Shown: in pieces, positions 38,640-48,673 of the stretch | Numbering within the stretch: the stretch's first letter is position 1 | Layout: the number at the start of each line of letters is the position of its first letter | From: an uncultured virus (IMG/VR IMGVR_UViG_3300031787_000080) | Taxonomy: Duplodnaviria > Heunggongvirae > Uroviricota > Caudoviricetes | Virus record (IMG/VR): IMGVR_UViG_3300031787_000080 | Direction: 5' to 3' (one strand) | DNA: 64,000 nt | Notes under the pieces: model-generated | Databases searched by the model: none | Told to the model about the DNA's origin: nothing | Seen by the model: only the letters and a program-made list of their open reading frames with translations | Position numbers and translations under genes: made by a program

Positions 38640-38725
38640 GGAACGTAATCCCGACAGGTGCTGGGCGATGTTTGCTAAACAATCGGCTTTGTAAAAGAAG
38701 TGGGGTTCGAGTCCTCTGCGTTCCT
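38640..38725 (+). tRNA. tRNA-Ser(GCT), 8/4 structure
   Basis: GGAACGTA/TGCGTTCC 8 bp, GGGG TTCGAGT CCTC, TT GCT AA loop; no encoded CCA. Confidence 0.78.
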
Positions 38726-38770
38726 AAAAAAATCCCCCTTTCTTTTTGTTCCTGGAGTGATATATAAAAC

Positions 38771-38971
38771 ATGAAAGATTTTGAAGACGTGGTTTTTGGA
38801 AGTTCCGATGAATGGAATGGGGCAGCTGGTATTGTGCCTGAGGACAAGTTTTACGTTTCTTATCCCGATTGTTCCATTCAGATTTGCGACACCGAAGGAG
38901 AGTGTGCGGCAATTCAAAGAGAATTCCGTGTTATGCACCGCCGAAACCCGATCACTGGCGAAGCAACTTAA
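38771..38971 (+). CDS. Hypothetical protein
   Basis: After promoter. Confidence 0.65.
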   Translation: MKDFEDVVFGSSDEWNGAAGIVPEDKFYVSYPDCSIQICDTEGECAAIQREFRVMHRRNPITGEAT

Positions 38972-39011
38972 AAATCCCCTTTCTTTCGTGGCCTAATCGG
39001 ATATATAAGAT

Positions 39012-39194
39012 ATGGAACGAGACTACCAAGTTGATATTAGTGCCACGGCTGTGGTGCGAACCTGTGTTGAAGTTCGGGCTTCCAGCCCCGAAGAGGCCGT
39101 AGGCTTGGCCATCGAAGTTGCTGAAAGCGGCAACGTGATCTGGAAGTATGACGGCGTAAACGATGGGACTATGATCGTTTTTAACGTGGAATAA
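39012..39194 (+). CDS. Hypothetical protein (V.A.S.EEA motif)
   Basis: After promoter. Confidence 0.65.
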   Translation: MERDYQVDISATAVVRTCVEVRASSPEEAVGLAIEVAESGNVIWKYDGVNDGTMIVFNVE

Positions 39195-39235
39195 AAAATC
39201 CCCTTTTTGTTCACAAGCAAAATCATATAAAAGAC

Positions 39236-39586
39236 ATGGGAAACACATCTTACAAACCCACGCTCGGATTCTATATCACTTTTGGTATTTTGAATCTTGT
39301 CACTTCGATTTTTTCAGGCTACGCCGTCTCGACTCTCTGGGAATGGTTTGTTGTTCCCCTTGGGGTTCCTAGCATCGGGCTTTTTCATGCGATTGGGCTC
39401 GTTGTCTTGGGGACTGTGTTCACGATGGGAATCACCCAAGTTCTTGCGATTCTTAACATGAACACTAGCGAGAATGTTTCACCAGAAGAGAGTTACACTC
39501 GTTTGAATGTTGTCCTCGGGTTTGTTGGCATTATGCTTCCCGCAATTGCTCTTGGCTCGGGATACATCTGCAAGATTTTGATGTAA
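39236..39586 (+). CDS. Membrane protein, paralog family G
   Basis: Three hydrophobic segments, LW.WF..P.G shared with 40411. Confidence 0.75.
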   Translation: MGNTSYKPTLGFYITFGILNLVTSIFSGYAVSTLWEWFVVPLGVPSIGLFHAIGLVVLGTVFTMGITQVLAILNMNTSENVSPEESYTRLNVVLGFVGIMLPAIALGSGYICKILM

Positions 39587-39631
39587 AACATTATCCAGGG
39601 GGAGTAATTCCCCCTGGAAGCGAGCATAAAC

Positions 39632-39898
39632 ATGAAATTCAAAGTTTGCAACATTCAACATGGCGAAGAAGATTTTTGTGTCATGGTGTCTATTCATCAA
39701 GACCCGATCAGTGATCTGACCGTAGTGCAATGCTTGGATTATGATATTGCTTCACAAGGCAAAACCGAAGAAGCTGCGATGATTCGATTTGAGCGATGTT
39801 TTATTGTCGCTATCGAAGCCTTTGAAAAATACGGCGTGAACTTTCGAGAAAGTCTTGCTGAAGCTCCGCCCGAATACTGGAAAGGCTGCCCGATTTAA
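39632..39898 (+). CDS. HicB-like fold hypothetical protein
   Basis: QCLDYDIASQG.T.E.A. Confidence 0.6.
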   Translation: MKFKVCNIQHGEEDFCVMVSIHQDPISDLTVVQCLDYDIASQGKTEEAAMIRFERCFIVAIEAFEKYGVNFRESLAEAPPEYWKGCPI

Positions 39899-39973
39899 GC
39901 TGATATGGCGCAGTGGTAGCGCATCTCCTTGGTAAGGAGAAGGCCGCGAGTTCAAATCTCGCTATCAGCTCCA
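39899..39973 (+). tRNA. tRNA-Thr(GGT)
   Basis: Canonical cloverleaf, CCA. Confidence 0.95.
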
Positions 39974-40015
39974 AAAAATCCCCCATTTTCTAAACTCTTA
40001 TCGGATATATAAGAT

Positions 40016-40357
40016 ATGAGCAATTACATCAAGAAGGCAGATGAAATTTACAAAGCAATCGAAGACCTGAGCCGAAATGACGATGGAGTTGAACGATTTA
40101 AGAAAGCCGAAGAAGATGATCTGATTGACGTTGAGGTTTATGGCAAGGACTTTCGTCACGCAAAGCATGGTGAAGGATGCTATGTTCTGCAAATCACGAT
40201 TTGCGATAAGGATTATTGCGCCGTTTGGTTCAACACTGTTGGCGGCGATTGGATTGAAATCAATCACTATGAATTTTCCGAATGGCGTCAGCTATACAAG
40301 AAGTATATTTCCAACACTTCTAATGATATTTTGGGCGATGATTTGGTGACCAATTGA
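40016..40357 (+). CDS. Hypothetical protein
   Basis: After promoter. Confidence 0.7.
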   Translation: MSNYIKKADEIYKAIEDLSRNDDGVERFKKAEEDDLIDVEVYGKDFRHAKHGEGCYVLQITICDKDYCAVWFNTVGGDWIEINHYEFSEWRQLYKKYISNTSNDILGDDLVTN

Positions 40358-40410
40358 AAATCGGGTAAAAAAATCCCCTTTTTTCATTCAATCAGAATCA
40401 TATAAGAAAT

Positions 40411-40779
40411 ATGGGTAATGATCCTGTAGTAATCAAAGTTCGGGCGTCGGCCTTTTTCGGATTTCTTTTCATGTCTGTTTTGGTGGGCATCTATCGAGCC
40501 TTCGTACTGACTCAAATTTGGCTTTGGTTTGCCACCCCTCATGGAGCCACGCCTTTGACGATCTTCCAGGCTATTGTGATTATGCTTGTAACCTCACTTC
40601 TGTCATATTCCAAGTCATTGTCAAATACTCAATATAAAGTCGAAGAAAAGACTGAGACTAAGCCGAATGAAAAGTTCAATGATTTTGTGAGTATTCTTTA
40701 CAGCAATCTCAACTCTTCCCTAGTGTTGATCACGTTCGTTTACATCACTTGTTTCGCCATCTACAAACTGGCCCCCTAA
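40411..40779 (+). CDS. Membrane protein, paralog family G
   Basis: Similar to 39236. Confidence 0.75.
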   Translation: MGNDPVVIKVRASAFFGFLFMSVLVGIYRAFVLTQIWLWFATPHGATPLTIFQAIVIMLVTSLLSYSKSLSNTQYKVEEKTETKPNEKFNDFVSILYSNLNSSLVLITFVYITCFAIYKLAP

Positions 40780-40827
40780 AAGATTTGTCCCCTGTAAACC
40801 AGGGGGCAAACTCCCCATAATATCACC

Positions 40828-41088
40828 ATGAATTCAGAAACCGAAAAGCAAGAAAGTATTCTTGTCGTGAAAGATCACAAGACGCTCAGAAATCATCCCG
40901 TGCCCGTGCTGAAAGCCTGGTTGAATAGATTTGTTGAGAATGGAGATCAAGTGACAATCAAACAAGTGGACGATGACATTCTATTTACTTGTCCTAATCG
41001 ATCACTTGAATTTTATGTTCTTAAACTTTGTGATGTGATCGATGAATTTGGATTTGCAAAAACACTCTTCCCCGAGGACACGATCTAA
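40828..41088 (+). CDS. Hypothetical protein
   Basis: ORF in gene run. Confidence 0.6.
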   Translation: MNSETEKQESILVVKDHKTLRNHPVPVLKAWLNRFVENGDQVTIKQVDDDILFTCPNRSLEFYVLKLCDVIDEFGFAKTLFPEDTI

Positions 41089-41132
41089 AAAATCCCCCTT
41101 TTTTGCACGACGAAACAGATATATAAAAAGTA

Positions 41133-41327
41133 ATGGTAATTTTCAACAAAGGTGATCGAGTTCAAATCTCCGCAAAAGAATCCACTTCCGTGGATGAATG
41201 GGGTAGAATCTCCTCGACTGGAACCGTGGAAAGCAACATCCCAGACCAAAATGGCGAAATCTTAGTGCATGCTGATGGCCTTTTGGCTATGATTAGTGTT
41301 CTGCCTACAGAATTGACGAAAATCTAA
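41133..41327 (+). CDS. Small SH3/KOW-like hypothetical protein
   Basis: F.KGDRV.I; after promoter. Confidence 0.6.
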   Translation: MVIFNKGDRVQISAKESTSVDEWGRISSTGTVESNIPDQNGEILVHADGLLAMISVLPTELTKI

Positions 41328-41345
41328 AACAACGTAAAACACCTT

Positions 41346-41423
41346 GGGGGTGTAGCTTAGTTGGACTAAAGCAAACCGCTCATAACGGTTAGATCGTGGG
41401 ATCGTAGCCCACCGCCCCCACCA
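41346..41423 (+). tRNA. tRNA with CAT anticodon (Ile2 or Met)
   Basis: AACCG-CT CAT AA-CGGTT, CCA; atypical T loop ATCGTAG. Confidence 0.88.
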
Positions 41424-41465
41424 AATTTCCCCTTTTTTCACCCGATCAGAATCATATAATAGATA

Positions 41466-41945
41466 ATGAACATCTCAGTTAGAAACGCAAAGGTTGACGC
41501 ACATAATTCCCAGGAAACTCTGTGCTTTTCGGCGCAAATAACCATTGATGACAAACTTGCTTTTTATGCCGAAAACAATGGCACTGGCGGAACTAATACT
41601 TATTATCTCAACACTGATGAAGATCAATCCGCACAATTCCTTGAAGATGCAGAGGAATTTGCTAAGAATCTAACTGGAGAAAATTTTGAAGCACTGGATT
41701 TGCTGATCGGGTCACTGGTAAGCGCATACACAACCGCGAACGAAAAGATTGACACGACCATTTTTATGATCGAAGATTCACAAGTTTACACCGTGGATTT
41801 TGGAAAGAATCTTACCCTGTTGGATATTGTAGGCTTTGTTAAAGACAATCCCAACGCAAAGGTTCTGAATATGCTGAATTTTTCAGACGCAGTTCGCGAA
41901 ATCGCCCTGGCAGATTTGAAGAACCAGGATTTTTCCCAAGTTTAA
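41466..41945 (+). CDS. Hypothetical protein
   Basis: SQET.CF.A...A.N.G.GG motif. Confidence 0.7.
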   Translation: MNISVRNAKVDAHNSQETLCFSAQITIDDKLAFYAENNGTGGTNTYYLNTDEDQSAQFLEDAEEFAKNLTGENFEALDLLIGSLVSAYTTANEKIDTTIFMIEDSQVYTVDFGKNLTLLDIVGFVKDNPNAKVLNMLNFSDAVREIALADLKNQDFSQV

Positions 41946-41990
41946 GAGAAAAATCCCCTAAGTTTTGGAAATCAAAAGGATATATAAAAC

Positions 41991-42572
41991 ATGAACCAGC
42001 TGCTTTCGGAAGAAGAACAACAAGATCGCGCAAGCTTCTTGAAGAAACAAAAGTTATCTCAAATCAAGACAATCGCGATCATTATGGTGATCGTGTTCAC
42101 TGGAATCTGGGGCACGACTAGTATCATCAAGAACCATCAAAACATGATTGCACAACAAAAAGCCGCGCAAGAACGACAAGCAAAGAAAGATCAAGAAGCT
42201 GCACGGCTCGCAGAACAATCGAAGGCTGAACAAGATTTTATCGAATCCTATAAAGGACGACTTGAAGCATGGGAGAACATTCTCGGCAATGACAACCCCA
42301 TTAAGGGCTGGCCCGTGCGCCGACGAGAATACATCATTCAAGACATTGCCAATAAAGAAGCAGAGATCACAAATATCTTGAGCAAAATTGGTTCAGCCAC
42401 AACTAGGACTGAACACAATAACGGAAACACATCGCTTGCTTACAACGTAGAACAGATGAGCGAACTGCAAAGTCAACTCAAAAAGGCTGAATACGAGCTT
42501 TATCTACTGAATACAGAACTCCGCCGCGATGAATACTTTGAAGGACGAATCGCTGGATACGATCTAAAATGA
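41991..42572 (+). CDS. Single-TM coiled-coil protein
   Basis: TM at aa ~27-44 then coiled coil. Confidence 0.7.
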   Translation: MNQLLSEEEQQDRASFLKKQKLSQIKTIAIIMVIVFTGIWGTTSIIKNHQNMIAQQKAAQERQAKKDQEAARLAEQSKAEQDFIESYKGRLEAWENILGNDNPIKGWPVRRREYIIQDIANKEAEITNILSKIGSATTRTEHNNGNTSLAYNVEQMSELQSQLKKAEYELYLLNTELRRDEYFEGRIAGYDLK

Positions 42573-42675
42573 TTAGCTTTTTCTATGTCATGTCGTTTGT
42601 AACGATCATAGCCATTGTTCTGATCGTAGCGTGGATTAAAGAAGTGATTCATCACTTCAAAAAGTAAAACAAAAT

Positions 42676-42751
42676 GCCCCAGTAGCTCAGTGGATAGAGC
42701 AGCGGCCTTCTAAGCCGTTTGTCGGAGGTTCGAGTCCTCTCTGGGGCACCA
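42676..42751 (+). tRNA. tRNA-Arg(TCT)
   Basis: Canonical cloverleaf, CCA. Confidence 0.95.
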
Positions 42752-42794
42752 AATTTTCCCCTTATTTCAAAACACTTTTATACTATATCAAAGT

Positions 42795-43505
42795 ATGAAG
42801 CTCTACACCACGCAACCAATTGAAGTGTGGAACAAACTCCAAGAACAAAAGATTCTGATCGCAGATGCGATGCTGGGAGAACACATCGATCAAGAATACG
42901 CAGAAAAGAATGGGTTTTCTATCGAAGATGATAGCTTCTATGCCGCCTATTCGTGGATGAAAGAGCAAATGGAACATCGAATTCCAGGCTACCAAGGTAA
43001 CTGGCCGTGGTGGGCATGGACGCATAAAATTGACATCCGATCAGAACGACATCTGTACCCAAAGGGAGAAGAATTTGTTATGATCGAACTCGAAATCCCC
43101 GATGAGAAAGTATTATGTTCTTGCTTCCAGGGATGGCACTCCGTTTTGAATCGACGCTATCTAGCGAAAACTATGATCGAAGAAGCCAAAGCCGATCAAG
43201 AATGGATGGAGATTACGAACATGGACACAGACCCCGAGAAACCCAAAATCTCACTCTACCAATTACGAAAGTATGCCAAGGGCGAAGAACCATGGCCCGA
43301 AACAATCGAAGATTCCCCCGAAAAAGCACGAAAGAAGCAAGAATATAAAGAAAAGCAAAAACGAACATGGGAAAATATCTTCGACATTGAATGGATGAAG
43401 AAATCACAGTACGAAGGCGGGGACCAGATTCAAGCCTGCTTTGAAGAACTAAACATCAACCAAGTCATCAAAGCAAAGATGTTCAAAGGGGCGCGAAAGT
43501 CATAA
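42795..43505 (+). CDS. DUF3841-family protein
   Basis: L.T.Q, AY.WM..QM..RI, P.WAW, E.EIPD..VL.S.F..WH..LN, W..IFD, IQA.F. Confidence 0.75.
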   Translation: MKLYTTQPIEVWNKLQEQKILIADAMLGEHIDQEYAEKNGFSIEDDSFYAAYSWMKEQMEHRIPGYQGNWPWWAWTHKIDIRSERHLYPKGEEFVMIELEIPDEKVLCSCFQGWHSVLNRRYLAKTMIEEAKADQEWMEITNMDTDPEKPKISLYQLRKYAKGEEPWPETIEDSPEKARKKQEYKEKQKRTWENIFDIEWMKKSQYEGGDQIQACFEELNINQVIKAKMFKGARKS

Positions 43506-43545
43506 AAATCCCCCTTTTGTTTACGATCAAATTCATATAATAGAT

Positions 43546-43755
43546 ATGAACGATTCAAATCGCTTTGAAGTAATCAGCTCAGGTCCATACAATTTGAAGA
43601 TTGTTGCGCAAACTATGACTGAGTGCATGGATATGATTCGACGAAACTCTGACATGGTGGACTTCTGGGCAGTTTTAGACCATTCTACGAAAACCGTGGT
43701 CGCTTTAAGCCAGGACTGGAAAGTCTTGCCAACATTCAAACCCGCAGTAAACTAA
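43546..43755 (+). CDS. Hypothetical protein
   Basis: After promoter; coupled to PARP gene. Confidence 0.6.
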   Translation: MNDSNRFEVISSGPYNLKIVAQTMTECMDMIRRNSDMVDFWAVLDHSTKTVVALSQDWKVLPTFKPAVN

Positions 43756-45035
43756 TGAAAGAATCTCGATATATTTTCGCTGACGTGAGCGCGAATAATA
43801 ACAAGTTTTGGAACATCAAAATTGAACCAAACTTCACGGTCGTAACTTCGTGGGGCCGAGTCGGAGATAACGCACAATCAAAGGAATTTCCCCACGGAAG
43901 CCTTGCAGACGCAGAAAAGTTCTTCGATAGGAAATGCCGCGAAAAGGAACGAAAAGGATACGTTAAGCAAAGAGTTCTGATCGGAGAATACACCACGCAA
44001 GATAACACTTCGCTTGCGTCAGTTGCCAAACAACAAATCAACACAAATAGCCCCGAATTAGATGAACTAATTGCCTTCCTGACTAAAGCAAACGTTCATA
44101 ACATTCTAACAGCAACAGCTATGGAATACGACACTTCAAAGGGAGTTTTTACAACGCCCCTCGGAGTTGTCACGAACGATGCCATTCAAGATGCACGAAG
44201 CATCTTGGCATCAATGGGCCTTCTTGTGCATAATCAAGATTGGAACTCCCCCGATTGGAATTCGCTCTTGTCTATGTACCTTACTGCCATCCCTCAAAAG
44301 ATTGGACGCAGAAAGCCAGACCCAAGAGAACTCTTCCCGAGCCTTCAAGCTATTCAAAATCAAAGCAAAATTCTTGACGACCTGGAAGCATCATTCCAAT
44401 CTGTCGTGAGCGCACCACTGACGCAGAAAGGGGATGACACAAACACGCCACAAGTGTTTGATGTGAAATTGCATCTTGTAGACGATCAAAGCATAATTCG
44501 ACGAATCAAAAACAAATACGACTCCACACGAAAGACCATGCACGCATCATATCATCTGGGGGTGAAACGAGTCTTTTCTGTCGAAATTAACGCGATGGCA
44601 AAGGCATATGGTGATCGGGGAAAGAACGTCGGCAACGTGATGGAACTCTGGCATGGGACACGAGCGGGGAACCTTTTGAGCATCCTTAAAGGCGGACTGC
44701 AAGTCCCACCCGCATCGAGCCCTCATGTGACGGGGAGAATGTTCGGGGATGGATTGTATTTTTCAGATCAGTCCACGAAAAGCCTCAATTATGCCTATGG
44801 AGCAGCACCAGGACAAAGAGGAGGAATTGAATCGTCCACGTTCATGTTTCTCGCAGATGTAGCAATGGGACGCCCATTTGTCCCAACGTCCTATACACGA
44901 CCGTCAAAGTACCCCGTGCAAGGACATGATTCAATATTTGCAAAAGCAGGACAATCAGGCGTACACAATAATGAAATGATCGTATACACCACCGATCAAT
45001 GCAACCTCACCTACCTGGTTGAATTCGGAAACTAA
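43755..45035 (+). CDS. WGR-domain poly(ADP-ribose) polymerase-like protein
   Basis: NNNKFW, WGRVG, EK..KGY; regulatory-like Y.T.IP; catalytic LWHGT, G.MFG.GLYFSD...KS.NY, NNE.IVY. Confidence 0.9.
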   Translation: MKESRYIFADVSANNNKFWNIKIEPNFTVVTSWGRVGDNAQSKEFPHGSLADAEKFFDRKCREKERKGYVKQRVLIGEYTTQDNTSLASVAKQQINTNSPELDELIAFLTKANVHNILTATAMEYDTSKGVFTTPLGVVTNDAIQDARSILASMGLLVHNQDWNSPDWNSLLSMYLTAIPQKIGRRKPDPRELFPSLQAIQNQSKILDDLEASFQSVVSAPLTQKGDDTNTPQVFDVKLHLVDDQSIIRRIKNKYDSTRKTMHASYHLGVKRVFSVEINAMAKAYGDRGKNVGNVMELWHGTRAGNLLSILKGGLQVPPASSPHVTGRMFGDGLYFSDQSTKSLNYAYGAAPGQRGGIESSTFMFLADVAMGRPFVPTSYTRPSKYPVQGHDSIFAKAGQSGVHNNEMIVYTTDQCNLTYLVEFGN

Positions 45036-45084
45036 AAAAATCCCCCGTTATCAAAAGGGGGATTTGATATAATAAAATACCACA

Positions 45085-45378
45085 ATGACCGTTAAACAAG
45101 CATTTGAAAAGGCCTTTGGACCAATCCCCGAAGGGGCTACTTGCCATATCGGGTGCCGCGACATGTACAAGAACATCGAAGTGGACGCTTGCTATCGCCA
45201 CATTGGTGAGACGTTCTTTTTGAACGTTCATAACAAGTTTGTTAGGTTCTGCGACCATTTTGCGTTTGGACCCGACATTAGCCACCGACCCGCGTCAGCG
45301 TTCCTCGGCTTCTTTGGGGGTGAGTATGATCGTGTGGTCGAAGAATGGATCGAATCTCAAAACGAAAAGCATAACTAA
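45085..45378 (+). CDS. Hypothetical protein
   Basis: After palindromic promoter. Confidence 0.65.
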   Translation: MTVKQAFEKAFGPIPEGATCHIGCRDMYKNIEVDACYRHIGETFFLNVHNKFVRFCDHFAFGPDISHRPASAFLGFFGGEYDRVVEEWIESQNEKHN

Positions 45379-45423
45379 AAAAAATCCCCCTTTTTTCAAA
45401 AGGGGATTGAATATATAGAAGAG

Positions 45424-46098
45424 ATGAGCATTTCTCAATCGCAAACCAATAGCATCAAGAACATCGTAAACGAGCTTGTGAAGAAGGGGACTTCCTTCAC
45501 CGCCCATGACATCACCCTGATTATGCGCGGCTCTGGCAATGACGTTACGCATAATTCCGTCAAGCCCGTTGTGCATGATTATATGCAGAGCGTAGGAAAG
45601 TATTCCAGTAAGCTGCGCACCTTCGGCCTCGCCGTGTTCGGCACGCTCGTCGCCATCCGCGCCATTGTCTATGGCCCGACTTCCACGGACATTGCCAATT
45701 ATGACCCGAATTCCATTCGGAATATTCTTGCCAATAATCAGGCACCCGTGACCTCCAACACGAATCAGCCCACGACTAGTTCTGCTCGTGGAACTAAGAC
45801 CACCAACACTCAAAACAAGGGAGTGATTAAGGTGGGTAGTGGTGGCCGTGTCCGCGTCCCGACCAAGTATGTAAACGCCCTTGGAGTGAACTGGCAAGGC
45901 AAGGAAGTTGGACCTTACGTTTACTACTCGAAAACCAGTGACGGCTTTATCGTCGCCAAGAATGACCAAGGTCAAGGATGGAAGTCCATCACCGTCGATC
46001 AATACGGAAACGTTCTGCTCCGAACCAATCTCAACGTAAGTAACTTTACGATTGAACAAGTTGGCTCCGACAAGATTGAAATTCGCGCAAGTCAATAA
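45424..46098 (+). CDS. Hypothetical, possibly DNA-binding (winged helix plus AbrB-like)
   Basis: FTAHDIT; G..GRVRVP and VD.YGN. Confidence 0.7.
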   Translation: MSISQSQTNSIKNIVNELVKKGTSFTAHDITLIMRGSGNDVTHNSVKPVVHDYMQSVGKYSSKLRTFGLAVFGTLVAIRAIVYGPTSTDIANYDPNSIRNILANNQAPVTSNTNQPTTSSARGTKTTNTQNKGVIKVGSGGRVRVPTKYVNALGVNWQGKEVGPYVYYSKTSDGFIVAKNDQGQGWKSITVDQYGNVLLRTNLNVSNFTIEQVGSDKIEIRASQ

Positions 46099-46274
46099 AC
46101 TGACTTAACACAATCGGCTATAGGCGGAAGTGATTTTATCACTTCCGCTTTTCTTTTATGAACACGATTTTTTATGACTTTATATCATGATCTTTTTTAT
46201 GACTTTCTATGATCGGGTGGCACGATTATAATAAAAATCCCCTTTCTTTTGTGGTCCAATCGGATATATAAATT

Positions 46275-46856
46275 GTGATTAATATCAGTAATTTCCGCGG
46301 TCCTATCGTCCAAATCGAACTTCGCCAGGGGAGTCTTTTGGAAGCAAAAGACTTAGACATCATTGTTAATGCTGCGAACTGTAAGATGCGCGGTGGCGGA
46401 GGATTAGACGGCGCGGTTCATGATGCTGCAGGCCCTAACCTTCTTGAAAAGCTGAAAGAACTTGCCCCCTACGGCAGCCCGACTTCCCATCCCGTTGTTA
46501 CAGATGGCTTTGAAACTGGATTTAAGAAAATCATTCACACTCCTGGTCCTGTGTGGGCTGATGGTGTTTCAGGCGAGCGCATTGCACTTCGGGCAACATA
46601 TGATTATGCTCTTGATGCCGCTAATGCGATCTGCAAAAACAAGAATTATAAATCAGTGGGGTTTGGTTCTATTAGCACAGGAATCTTTGGATTTCCTCTT
46701 GACCTTGCAATGCCCATCGCTCTTGGTGCCGTATCTGAATGGGTGCGGGTTGCGCAAAATGTTTATTTCAACAAAATTGTCTTTGTGATGTACGGGGAAG
46801 AAGAATACAACAAGTATAAAACAGCTTTTGACGCTATTAAAGCGTGGAACCCGTAA
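46275..46856 (+). CDS. Macrodomain ADP-ribose hydrolase
   Basis: IVNAAN...GGGGLDGAVH.AAG, IIHTPGPVW, ISTGIFGFP. Confidence 0.92.
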   Translation: MINISNFRGPIVQIELRQGSLLEAKDLDIIVNAANCKMRGGGGLDGAVHDAAGPNLLEKLKELAPYGSPTSHPVVTDGFETGFKKIIHTPGPVWADGVSGERIALRATYDYALDAANAICKNKNYKSVGFGSISTGIFGFPLDLAMPIALGAVSEWVRVAQNVYFNKIVFVMYGEEEYNKYKTAFDAIKAWNP

Positions 46857-47004
46857 AATATCGCCAAAATCAAAAGAACTCTAATATGGGTTCTTTTGAT
46901 TTTATAACGCTCTTCCATCGTGACGCATAAAAATAGAAAGTCATAAAAATCCCCGATTTTCGAGCGAAAACCTACTATAATAATTAAGGAAAATCGAGGA
47001 AACA

Positions 47005-47553
47005 ATGAAAACCCTGAGTGAATGGAAATCTTTCCTGAAGACAAATCCCTGCATGAACTCTCGATTTGCCAAGGCACGAGAAGAATGTCCCGATTTAATT
47101 AACAAAGAATTAAATCAATTGCCTGTCCCACCATTGGATTTGATTTTCGAGGCTGTAAGTCGTGCGTCTTGCGATCCAAACTTTGATCCTTACGAGCCTT
47201 TCGAGGCCCTTTTGCACGAAGACCCGATGCGGCGCATGCGGGCACTTTCAGAGGTTAACATGCGCATGGATCATATTTACACTCTGGTTCACAAAACACA
47301 TTGTCGAGGATGCTTAGCGAGAGGCAATTTTGAATACATTTGGCAAATCATCAAGCATTACTGCCCCGATCACGATATTGACTGGCCCGACATTGAATAT
47401 AAAAAATTCTCATTGAGTGATTATGTTCGTGACGTAACTAAAACGCTTAATAGTCGCATGTGTTACGATATTGGCTGCATGGATTCCATGAGTGAAGATT
47501 ATGGTCGAGAAGGCAAAGCGCAGCTTTTGCCACATGTGCTTGACGAGGGATAA
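47005..47553 (+). CDS. Hypothetical protein
   Basis: GAGG SD. Confidence 0.7.
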   Translation: MKTLSEWKSFLKTNPCMNSRFAKAREECPDLINKELNQLPVPPLDLIFEAVSRASCDPNFDPYEPFEALLHEDPMRRMRALSEVNMRMDHIYTLVHKTHCRGCLARGNFEYIWQIIKHYCPDHDIDWPDIEYKKFSLSDYVRDVTKTLNSRMCYDIGCMDSMSEDYGREGKAQLLPHVLDEG

Positions 47554-47594
47554 AAATCCCCTTATTTTCGAGGTTCTGATCGGATATATAAGCC

Positions 47595-47843
47595 ATGAAG
47601 TCTTGTGATTTCGAGCTTAGTGGCCAGTTATTGATCGACGAAAATCTTGCCCCCCAACACGATTTTGAAGGAAAGTGCTTTGGATTCAAGCTGCCTGATG
47701 GTCGTATTGTTCGAATGGTAATGGCCTTGGAGATTGAAAACCCAGACACGGGGAATTTCGAGTATTTTTCTGATTGTTCCAAGATGGAATCCATCGGGAT
47801 GACTCTTCTCGATTACTTTAAGTCTAATTTTACTTTGATCTGA
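47595..47843 (+). CDS. Hypothetical protein
   Basis: After promoter. Confidence 0.65.
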   Translation: MKSCDFELSGQLLIDENLAPQHDFEGKCFGFKLPDGRIVRMVMALEIENPDTGNFEYFSDCSKMESIGMTLLDYFKSNFTLI

Positions 47844-47860
47844 AGTGGAGAAGAATAAAA

Positions 47861-48250
47861 ATGTCTAAGTGGACCAAAGAAATTCCGACGGAACCTGGGT
47901 ATTATTGGTTCTACGGATGGTTTGAAAAAAACAGCTCTTACTACAAAAAAGACGGAAGTATGTATTTTGTCGAGGTTAGTAAAGCGGCAAATTCTCTTGT
48001 CTTCGTAACGAAAGGTACGTTTCTTTATCCCACAATGGCCCTTGGACAATGGTCTAAAGCTGATGTCCCCGATGTGCCCGATCTTGGTCCGCATTTTTAT
48101 GAGGGTTGTGAAGCATTGTTGATTGAAGATCAAGAGCGCCATATAGTCGCAAAAATAGATGCCCCCACCACCCGTGTGAAAACCCACCCGATTGGTGTTG
48201 ACCCAATTCATGCGGTGTGGCGGGCAATGGATGATCTTGAATTCATCTAA
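47861..48250 (+). CDS. Hypothetical protein (WT.E.PTEPGYYW)
   Basis: GGAG SD. Confidence 0.7.
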   Translation: MSKWTKEIPTEPGYYWFYGWFEKNSSYYKKDGSMYFVEVSKAANSLVFVTKGTFLYPTMALGQWSKADVPDVPDLGPHFYEGCEALLIEDQERHIVAKIDAPTTRVKTHPIGVDPIHAVWRAMDDLEFI

Positions 48251-48581
48251 AAATCCCCTTTCTATCGTTGCAGAAAATAATATAAAACCGAGGATACACA
48301 TTTTGATTTCAAAGCAACAAGCACTTGATTATAATACGAAAGAGTCTTTATTGATGCGTTACATTGATTCAAAGATTCTTCTCTATCGCGGTCGTATATT
48401 AGAGTTTTCGGTTGAGGGTCATTCTCAAGAATTGCTTGATAAGTTGATGCCATTGTATCAAGAAAATGGGTGGGATATCAAGCAAATTAATCGAAAAAAG
48501 ACAGGTGGACACAGCAAACATCGGTATTGGCGCGTAAAATAATCCCCCATTTTCCATAGCCGAAAATAATATAAAAAGAAC

Positions 48582-48657
48582 GGGTCAGTAGCTCAGCAGG
48601 TAGAGCAGCGGTCTTTTAAACCGCGGGTCGTGGGTTCGAGTCCCACCTGGCCCACCA
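48582..48657 (+). tRNA. tRNA-Lys(TTT)
   Basis: Canonical cloverleaf, CCA. Confidence 0.96.
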
Positions 48658-48673
48658 AATTTCCATCACTCTC

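Noticed and set aside
45295..46095. 266-aa minus-strand ORF
   Set aside because: Antisense shadow of the promoter-driven 45424 gene.
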